Assembly (NCBI GenBank): GCA_003141195.1
Contig: PLLC01000080.1
Location: 21,624-60,715 of the forward strand
DNA length: 39,092 bases
Direction of reading: 5' to 3'
From: Syntrophaceae bacterium
Lineage (GTDB): Bacteria > Desulfobacterota > Syntrophia > Syntrophales > UBA5619
Both the position numbers and the translations under genes were made by a program. The notes beneath the pieces are model-generated. The model saw nothing but the letters and a program-made list of their open reading frames with translations. It was not told where the DNA came from and did not search any database. This document shows, piece after piece, positions 39,031 to 39,092 of this stretch (positions are counted from its first letter, which is position 1; every line of letters starts with the position of its first letter).

Positions 39031-39092
39031 ATAAAATGTTACCGAAGGAGTGACTACAAAGGGAATCCTGCTTGCAGCAAGGCAAGATTCAT

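Overview
GC-rich bacterial chromosome segment; gene order and protein types suggest an anaerobic deltaproteobacterium, probably Syntrophales-like (inference). (1) 1-6.8 kb is an accessory patchwork: cytochrome P460, Tat-exported superoxide reductase, emrAB-type efflux pump and an O-methyltransferase. These are interleaved with gene debris (porin, BrnT/BrnA) and two pairs of diverged direct repeats that look like relic mobile-element ends, one pair carrying a near-consensus outward sigma70 promoter. (2) 6.8-27.9 kb is minus-strand housekeeping: miaB, DUF151, xerC, hslVU, argBDFGH, lipoprotein, lysA, dapAB, folK, pgsA, tRNA-Gly/Cys, pepA, csp, miaA and a GT-like gene. A 25-bp palindrome, GGGGACAGATTT-C-AAATCTGTCCCC, occurs four times in full here, twice read in-frame inside xerC and hslV as the peptide GTDLKSVP. 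(3) 28-35 kb is a FadR-regulated catabolic locus: a split B12-dependent acyl-CoA mutase with a non-canonical specificity signature (Leu/Leu/Arg), an Hcl-like CoA ligase, an SDR and an M24 hydrolase. This is the best candidate for an undescribed pathway. (4) 35-39 kb holds a dCMP deaminase-like gene, glpK and a monoacylglycerol lipase bracketed by two ~165-bp MITE-like repeats, then a DUF1846 pseudogene. All family assignments come from motif recognition; no searches were run.
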